Made by a program: the position numbers and the translations under genes. From IMG/VR virus record IMGVR_UViG_2579778856_000001: a DNA stretch of 12,065 bases; one strand, 5' to 3'. The first letter of the stretch is position 1. The number at the start of each line of letters is the position of its first letter. The notes under the pieces were generated by a model. That model searched no databases. It worked only from the letters and a program-made list of their open reading frames with translations, and was not told the origin of the DNA. Shown piece after piece: positions 1-4,833 of the stretch. The stretch is from a virus (lineage: Duplodnaviria; Heunggongvirae; Uroviricota; Caudoviricetes).

Positions 1-156
1 CCTGAGCCATTTGAAAATAACATTATCATTGACGCCATTTTCACGTGCAATCTGTGCAACACAAGCTCCAGGTTGTGATGCCAGTTCCACCATACGAAGT
101 TTGAATTCATTCGAATAGTTTTTACGAGGTTCTTTTCGCCAGTCCTGTAATTCCAT
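1..156 (-). CDS. tnpA: IS66-family accessory transposase TnpA (OrfA), N-terminal 52 codons; the rest runs off the left edge
   Basis: Not in the ORF track (partial, short). The reverse complement of 1-156 reads without stops from ATG (154-156) as MELQDWRKEPRKNYSNEFKLRMVELASQPGACVAQIARENGVNDNVIFKWLR. The pattern R-x-NYSxEFK ... GVNxNxxFKWxR matches the HTH_Tnp_1 fold as found in IS66-type TnpA. Confidence 0.7.
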   Translation of the reverse strand, partial: MELQDWRKEPRKNYSNEFKLRMVELASQPGACVAQIARENGVNDNVIFKWLR

Positions 157-196
157 ACTTAGATGTCCGTCTATATCAGATGGGCGTCTAAGTTAC
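1..196 (-). mobile_element. Left end of an IS66-family insertion sequence (terminal region plus start of tnpA); boundary approximate
   Basis: tnpA starts at 156. The minus-strand sequence from 196 reads GTAACTTAGACGCCCATCTGATATAGACGGACATCTAAGT-ATG. IS66-family ends classically begin GTAA..., and the flanking reading frame changes character here. The exact terminus is not proven. Confidence 0.4.
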
Positions 197-197
197 C

Positions 198-395
198 AAT
201 TCTCGTCTGATGGCTACATACGGCGGTCAGTTTACGCTTACGTCCCTTCTGGTCAAAATGGACGAAGAAATGCTCTGCTTCTTCGACAGCAACGGGCGAA
301 CCACCATGCCCCGTAAAGCTTTCTCCCTGCGTACTGGCGTAACCCGCCGCCAGCTGTTTCCAGACGCCATTTACTTCATTGAACGGGAGTTCTGA
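198..395 (+). pseudogene. 3' remnant of an unidentified gene truncated by the IS66-family insertion, translationally coupled to the radC-like gene
   Basis: Track ORF 210-395 stays open back to 198, and the in-frame TAA at 189-191 lies inside the IS end. Codon usage is coding-like (TTC x6, ACC x3, GAC x3, CTG x3). The stop TGA 393-395 sits 1 nt before the radC-like ATG (tgacATG). No own start or RBS, and no family recognised. The antisense ORF 171-449 is the competing reading. Confidence 0.4.
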
Positions 396-396
396 C

Positions 397-849
397 ATGA
401 CCATGTTTACCCAGCGTGAAACCCGTATCCTTGACCAGGCGCGTGACATTATTAGCCGGTACTACCAGCGTGGGGTTCAACTCTGTTCCCCTGATGATGT
501 TCGACGGTGCGTGATGGTTGAGCTGGCACCGCTTGAACATGAAGAGTTTGGCATCATCCTACTCGATAATCATAATCAGCTGCTGCACCGCGAAATCCTG
601 TTCAGGGGTACGCTAAACTCGGTCAGCGTTCACCCCCGTGAAGTTATTAAGCGTGTGCTGAAACATAACGCCGCCGCCGTCATCCTTGTCCATAATCACC
701 CCAGCGGCGAGCCTGAACCCAGCCGGTGTGACATCCAGTTGACCAAAAAGCTTCAGGAGCTGCTGGAAATACTGGATGTGCGGTTACTTGATCACTTTAT
801 CGTGGCAGGAACTGAAACGGTGTCGATGGCTGAGCGAGGACTGGTGTGA
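397..849 (+). CDS. radC: RadC-like JAB-domain protein (DUF2466; YeeS/YkfG/YfjY-type of CP4-like islands)
   Basis: Track ORF 379-849 starts at TTG; ATG 397 is preferred (MTMFTQRETRIL...). Typical RadC-like core: EEFGIILLDNHNQLLHREILFRGTLNSVSVHPREVIKRVLKHNAAAVILVHNHPSGEPEPSRCDIQLTKKL...LDHFIV, including the HNHPSG metalloprotease-like motif. Confidence 0.85.
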   Translation: MTMFTQRETRILDQARDIISRYYQRGVQLCSPDDVRRCVMVELAPLEHEEFGIILLDNHNQLLHREILFRGTLNSVSVHPREVIKRVLKHNAAAVILVHNHPSGEPEPSRCDIQLTKKLQELLEILDVRLLDHFIVAGTETVSMAERGLV

Positions 850-895
850 TGCTGAAAGTTACTTGGTTTAATGTACGTTATTGCGGGTTACGCGC

Positions 896-1825
896 ATGAG
901 CAGGACAGCGTTGCGTCAGGTCGTGCCGGTGGTGCAAACCACCGTGTTCGATGCGTATATTGTCGGTCTGGCCCCCTCGGGACGGCGAGGTATCACCAGC
1001 CTGTTAAACCGCAGCGCCAGCATACTTAAACACGGTGCGGATGCAGCAGACTATCCGTGGGAACAACTTAACTACGCCGCCGTTGCCAAAGTGCGCGCGG
1101 CACTGCTGGATGACGGTTACGCCGTGTCATCGGTCAACATGGCGCTGTCAGCACTCCGGGGCGTAGCGCAGACGGCCTTTAACCTCAATTACATGGATGC
1201 CGAAACGCTGGCACGTATCCGGTCAGTTAAGCGCGTGAGCGGCGATGTCCAGCGCAAGGGAAGGGCGCTGGGCAGGCAGGAAATCCGGGTACTGATTCAG
1301 GCTGCAAAACAGCATCCGCAATCTGTACGGCGCTGTCGCGATGTCGCCATTGTGCTGATGCTTTGCGGAACGGGCCTGCGGGCCGGGGAACTGGTTAAAC
1401 TTGAGCGCCGGGACTATGACAACGGCATCCTGACGGTGAGGCAAGGGAAGGGGCGTAAATACCGTGAAATTCACGTGGCGGATGCGGTGGACAAGGCTAT
1501 TCGTGCGTGGCTGAAAGTTGGCGCAGACGAGGCTGACAGTGCGTTGTTTAGGCGAATTCAGCGCAGTGGTAAGGTCGCAAGCCAACCGCTGACTACGACC
1601 GGGTTAACGGGTATCCTGGCTGAGTTACAGCAAACGGCAGGTATAGCACGTTTTACCCCGCATGATATGCGGCGCACCTTCATCACCCGTTTGCTGGAGC
1701 AGGGCGTGGATATCAATACCGTCCGCCAGTTGGCAGGCCACAGCGACATATCCACGACGACGCGCTATGACTGTCGTGGTGATACTATGAAGATCAGTGC
1801 CAGCAAGCGCATCAGATGTTTTTAG
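896..1825 (+). CDS. Tyrosine site-specific recombinase (XerC/XerD-like phage integrase family)
   Basis: Track ORF 881-1825 (TTG start); ATG 896 gives MSRTALRQ.... The catalytic signature is in the correct order: GTGLRAGEL (Arg), GKGRKYREI (Lys), HDMRRTF (His-x-x-Arg), GHSDISTTTRYD (His ... Tyr nucleophile). An N-terminal SAM-like core-binding segment is present (VSSVNMALSALRGVAQ). Confidence 0.9.
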   Translation: MSRTALRQVVPVVQTTVFDAYIVGLAPSGRRGITSLLNRSASILKHGADAADYPWEQLNYAAVAKVRAALLDDGYAVSSVNMALSALRGVAQTAFNLNYMDAETLARIRSVKRVSGDVQRKGRALGRQEIRVLIQAAKQHPQSVRRCRDVAIVLMLCGTGLRAGELVKLERRDYDNGILTVRQGKGRKYREIHVADAVDKAIRAWLKVGADEADSALFRRIQRSGKVASQPLTTTGLTGILAELQQTAGIARFTPHDMRRTFITRLLEQGVDINTVRQLAGHSDISTTTRYDCRGDTMKISASKRIRCF

Positions 1826-2426
1826 CAGTTGAGGCGTTGCCAGACTCGGTTTCAGTTTCATCTTCAGCACTCAACCGCGCGTACTTTTGATTCTGGATGT
1901 TAATTTGTGCATTGATATTTTCAGGCTGAAGCATCCACGCAACATCCTCACGCGCCCATTCTTTACCGTCAGAGAGTCGTTTTAACCGGGGTTTCCATAT
2001 TCCATACTCATTAAGTTTTTCTGCTACCGAAGCATATTTCTCACGATCTGACTCCCCCGTATGAAGCTTGTCAAAACGACCTTTTACAAGCTGGTAAACA
2101 GTATAGATTTCCAGTGCCTTAGGGGACCTGGCCGGGACTATCATGGGGTGTTCCTCCGGCCTATAAATCCCGTTTGGCTCTCCCTCATTGAGCAGGTCAT
2201 TAAACATGTGGTTCACGCAGGCACTCAGCACATCTGCCGCTTTCTCCGCAGCGAATTTATCCGGGCTAAAACCCGCTCCCGTCAGTTTCCGGGCAATCAG
2301 TGCCAGTTTTTGCCGGGTATCCCGTCCCAGATAAAGCTTCTTCTCCAGAAATTCAAAGACCTCGTTACTGCTTTTCCGTTCCCGGTGGCATCTGGCGTCA
2401 GCCTTGTTGCTTTGGTTACCAATCAT
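1812..2426 (-). CDS. Hypothetical 204-aa protein, divergent from alpA; possible ribbon-helix-helix-type island regulator
   Basis: Track ORF 1812-2438. The second ATG (2426) is preceded by GGAGGT (2431-2436, minus) and is preferred. KKLYLGRDTRQKLALIARKL weakly resembles an RHH strand-helix. Acidic C-terminal tail (SAEDETETES). Its 3' end overlaps the recombinase 3' end by 14 nt. No confident family. Confidence 0.6.
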   Translation of the reverse strand: MIGNQSNKADARCHRERKSSNEVFEFLEKKLYLGRDTRQKLALIARKLTGAGFSPDKFAAEKAADVLSACVNHMFNDLLNEGEPNGIYRPEEHPMIVPARSPKALEIYTVYQLVKGRFDKLHTGESDREKYASVAEKLNEYGIWKPRLKRLSDGKEWAREDVAWMLQPENINAQINIQNQKYARLSAEDETETESGNASTAKNI

Positions 2427-2648
2427 AGTCACCTCCATGACAGTGTTTTGTACAAAATATCACCATTGAGCCTCAGTGAAAATTGCTTCTTTATATGACC
2501 GTTCTGGAGACAGAAATAGATGATCTCGAATGACATCCACATTAAAGATGCCCTTAACGTGCTCAACGAAGGCATCGTTGAGTGAATCCTTGCGTTTTTT
2601 GGTGGTTGTAAATAACCCGCTCCTGAAACAGCTCAAAGGAGCACAAGC

Positions 2649-2846
2649 ATGAACACCAACCGTATTTTGCGTAAAAAAGAGGTACTTCATCTGACGGGGA
2701 ACTCGTCAGCGACGTTGTACCGACTCATCTCGAAAGGATTCTTTCCTTTGTCAAAGAGGCTAACGGGCGACAATGGCCGGGCGGTAGGCTGGCTGGAGAG
2801 TGATATCAATAACTGGGTTAACAGCCGTATGCAGGCGGGAGAATGA
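2649..2846 (+). CDS. alpA: AlpA-family phage/island transcriptional regulator (excisionase-like HTH, MerR superfamily)
   Basis: 65 aa. ILRKKEVLHLTGNSSATLYRLISKGFFPLSKRLTGDNGRAVGWLESDINNWVNSR matches the AlpA signature (LRxKEV...TGxSxSTLYRLI..G.FP.P.KLG.RAVGW.ESEI..W). AAGGAG lies 8 nt upstream of the ATG. Confidence 0.9.
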   Translation: MNTNRILRKKEVLHLTGNSSATLYRLISKGFFPLSKRLTGDNGRAVGWLESDINNWVNSRMQAGE

Positions 2847-2847
2847 A

Positions 2848-3315
2848 ATGAAAGAGATAAAATCGAAAACCAGTTCTGCGAAAAAAACGCTGGTTCCTTG
2901 GTTCGAAACTATGGGGAAACAGGTTGGTTTATCACAAGAAACGATATCAGCAGTGTTAAAGGAGCAGCGTTTACGGATACGTAAGCTTAACTACGCATCT
3001 GCATATACAGTGTCCAATATTCTCATACAGGATTGCGGCGGGGCCGATGACATGTGGAGCAACTACGCTAAACTGGCGCTTATCCTTGAGCGTTGTAAAT
3101 ACATTCCCTGCGGGAGCAGGGCCTGTGCATATTGTTCTACCGCTCAGCAATTACATTATCAGGGGGTGGATGTAACCGGGGAATACGCTTTATATCAGTT
3201 GCCTGAGTTATTTTTAGATTTTTTAGAAACAAACGACAAAAATTCCTCTTATCATTGGGATTACAATAAGTTAGTTGAGCGGCATGAAGATGCTCAGGCG
3301 AGGTCATTCGGGTAA
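2848..3315 (+). CDS. Hypothetical 155-aa protein with an N-terminal HTH-like segment and a Cys cluster
   Basis: Track ORF 2800-3315. The internal ATG 2848 follows the alpA stop (2844-2846) by 1 nt and has GGGAGA 6 nt upstream, so alpA-coupled translation is preferred. MGKQVGLSQETISAVLKEQRL looks like a helix-turn-helix. CKYIPCGSRACAYC is a possible metal site. No family recognised. Confidence 0.65.
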   Translation: MKEIKSKTSSAKKTLVPWFETMGKQVGLSQETISAVLKEQRLRIRKLNYASAYTVSNILIQDCGGADDMWSNYAKLALILERCKYIPCGSRACAYCSTAQQLHYQGVDVTGEYALYQLPELFLDFLETNDKNSSYHWDYNKLVERHEDAQARSFG

Positions 3316-3346
3316 TAGCCATTTCTGTATGGTGAAAAACTGACAT

Positions 3347-3381
3347 ATTACCCTGCCACTGCATTTTGGTGGCAGGGTAAT
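3347..3381. other. Perfect 13-bp stem-loop between the 155-aa and 284-aa genes
   Basis: ATTACCCTGCCAC (3347-3359) pairs with GTGGCAGGGTAAT (3369-3381) around a 9-nt loop. No T-run follows on the plus strand, so it is not a canonical terminator. The arm and loop contain CCACTGCATTTT, which recurs at 4335-4346. Confidence 0.6.
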
Positions 3382-3402
3382 CAATACAGCTAGGAATATT
3401 AA

Positions 3403-4257
3403 ATGAACGATTCTTATTACTTCAGAACATCTGACCCGGATTACATTCGTCACGCACCGTCAATGCTTGAGATTTTAAGTAAAGCATTCCCCACTATTAT
3501 TACCCAGCAGGAAAGTGAGTATGAACTGCAGCGTCTTAACCATTTACTAAATAAACTGAAAGGCAGCAATCGCTGCTACAACATCATTGCTCAAAAACTA
3601 AGGCAGTGCAGAAACGGATCTCCATGCAACAGTCTTATATGCCCGCATTGCCAGCGGGAACGCATTCTGGCGCAACTGGCTATGTTGCATGTCTTGCCGG
3701 GGAATTCAGCAGAATACGTGGGAGTGGTCCTGTTTTTCAACAAGGATACGCAAACTCCGCCGCCATGGAAGAACATTGGGGCGCTCAGGGCGCAAATCGG
3801 TCGTTATAAGCAGAGGATAAGCCGGGTACTTAACCGCCTGGGGTACGCCGGTCCGGCCACAGGCACCTTCAGTATGATGCGACATATGCCTGATGGCCCA
3901 GAAGAGCGTATTTTCTGGGTTCCACAGTTGTGTTTGTTCCTGCCCAATGACAGTACGTTGATTAAGGGGCTAAAAGCGCATATGTCGCGAAGTGGTGGGG
4001 CATTCATTGATGCATCGACGCTTAACACACCAGTGATCGTGCTCAGGTATAAAGATCCCGCGAGACTGATTTCATGCGCCCTGAATCCAGTCTGGCACAC
4101 AGCAGATTACACACTGACTGATAAAGACGCTCTTGTTAAGTCAAGAATGGAGCTACTGAAAGGCCGGACACTGTTAAAAAGTCTGCTTACCCTGGACTCA
4201 CTCGGAACAGGTGTCGTTTCTTTTTCGTTTGGGCAACCCCCAGGGAAAGTGCACTGA
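3403..4257 (+). CDS. Hypothetical 284-aa protein with a C-x5-C-x4-C-P-x-C zinc-ribbon-like motif
   Basis: Track ORF with ATG start and AGGAA 8 nt upstream. The motif QCRNGSPCNSLICPHCQRERILAQ falls at about aa 68-90. It recalls the PCGxCxxCR zinc motif at the N-terminus of some rolling-circle Rep proteins, but no HUH histidines are seen at the expected place (FWVPQLCLFLPN). The function call is therefore open. Confidence 0.7.
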   Translation: MNDSYYFRTSDPDYIRHAPSMLEILSKAFPTIITQQESEYELQRLNHLLNKLKGSNRCYNIIAQKLRQCRNGSPCNSLICPHCQRERILAQLAMLHVLPGNSAEYVGVVLFFNKDTQTPPPWKNIGALRAQIGRYKQRISRVLNRLGYAGPATGTFSMMRHMPDGPEERIFWVPQLCLFLPNDSTLIKGLKAHMSRSGGAFIDASTLNTPVIVLRYKDPARLISCALNPVWHTADYTLTDKDALVKSRMELLKGRTLLKSLLTLDSLGTGVVSFSFGQPPGKVH

Positions 4258-4270
4258 TTTACCGGTAATG

Positions 4271-4401
4271 CAGCAACTGCAATGCACTTTTGCTGTTGAT
4301 TAAATTGCAGTGGAACGACGAATAACAGCGGCAACCACTGCATTTTCGTTGTTGTAAAACTGCAAAGCTTGCCAGTGATTTTGATGGCGCTGATGCACTT
4401 T
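4271..4401. repeat. Iteron/operator-like cluster of ACTGCA(A/T) and ATGCACTTT motifs with two hairpins
   Basis: ACTGCAA at 4276-4282, inverted copy TTGCAGT at 4305-4311, ACTGCAT at 4337-4343, ACTGCAA at 4359-4365. ATGCACTTT at 4282-4290 and 4393-4401. Hairpin CAGCAA/TTGCTG at 4271-4276/4290-4295. Hairpin TGCAGTGG/CCACTGCA at 4306-4313/4335-4342, followed by TTTT. Confidence 0.5.
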
Positions 4402-4439
4402 AACATTCCAACTGTCTCGATTTTAACGCAACCGTCTGT

Positions 4440-4833
4440 TTTCTGCAGGGGCTCACGGATGCCTCTGCACACCCGATCCTTACCATCAACTGACGAGTTA
4501 GCGCATCTGTGAGGGCTTTCTGTGTTTCTGTCAGTGAATATTCTACACACAATGGGGGGAGCGGTCAGCGAGCACCATTGCCATTGAGCGCAACGGAGAG
4601 CTTGGGGACATGCAGCACTACGGAGGCTTCATCTCCTTCTCATGTCATTAAACGATACGGCGAACGAGCGCAGCGAGTGAGGGAAGGCGTCAGCCTGAAC
4701 AGGGGGAAAGATTTGCGACCGGAGTGGAGCAAATCATGGGCGGAGCCCATCCTCGCGACTGGGGTTTTGACTTTCGAATTGCCCAGCGTTGAGTTTGGTT
4801 AATGTAGTGAGACGAGGATGCTGAGAGGGGACC
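4440..4833 (+). other. ORF-poor, more GC-rich leader upstream of the polymerase-like gene; candidate structured RNA or 5' UTR
   Basis: Only alternative-start or antisense ORFs with implausible composition cover it. Local hairpins: TGCAGGGGC/GCCTCTGCA (4444-4452/4461-4469, one G-U pair) and ATGGGC-gga-GCCCAT (4736-4750). Micro-tandems: TTTCTGTG/TTTCTGTC (4517-4532) and CCATTG x2 (4575-4586). Direct repeats GAGCGCA, CAGCGAG and GCGACYGG. No known RNA family recognised. Confidence 0.3.

Noticed and set aside
171-449. 92-aa minus-strand ORF overlapping the radC-like start and running into the IS end
   Set aside because: Its N-terminal 16 codons are antisense to the radC-like 5' end, and its last codons are IS-terminal sequence. 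It is the codon-register mirror of a plus-strand frame with better codon usage and operon coupling. Kept only as an alternative in a finding.
881-895. TTG start (881) for the recombinase given by the ORF track
   Set aside because: ATG 896 lies five codons downstream. Neither has a strong RBS, so the ATG is preferred with low certainty. This does not affect the functional call.
1223-1870. Minus-strand ORFs inside the recombinase gene (1223-1585, 1558-1755, 1625-1870)
   Set aside because: They are shadow frames of a gene with a complete tyrosine-recombinase catalytic signature.
2460-2690. 76-aa minus-strand ORF between the 204-aa gene and alpA
   Set aside because: Its start lies antisense inside the alpA coding sequence and RBS. 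The region must house the divergent promoters. No internal start with an RBS was found.
3137-4100. ORFs 3137-3364 (minus), 3591-3776 (minus), 3606-3809 (plus) and 3804-4100 (minus)
   Set aside because: They are nested in, or antisense to, the orf155 and orf284 frames. They have no RBS and implausible composition.
4517-4586. Micro-tandem repeats (TTTCTGTG x2, CCATTG x2) as a CRISPR-like or VNTR array
   Set aside because: There are only two copies of each, with no spacers and no repeat-spacer periodicity. They are reported merely as features of the leader.
4760-4790. tRNA-like fragment (TTCGAAT resembling a T-loop) as a possible att site
   Set aside because: There are no flanking T-stem complementary arms, acceptor stem or CCA context. 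It is just a 7-mer resemblance.
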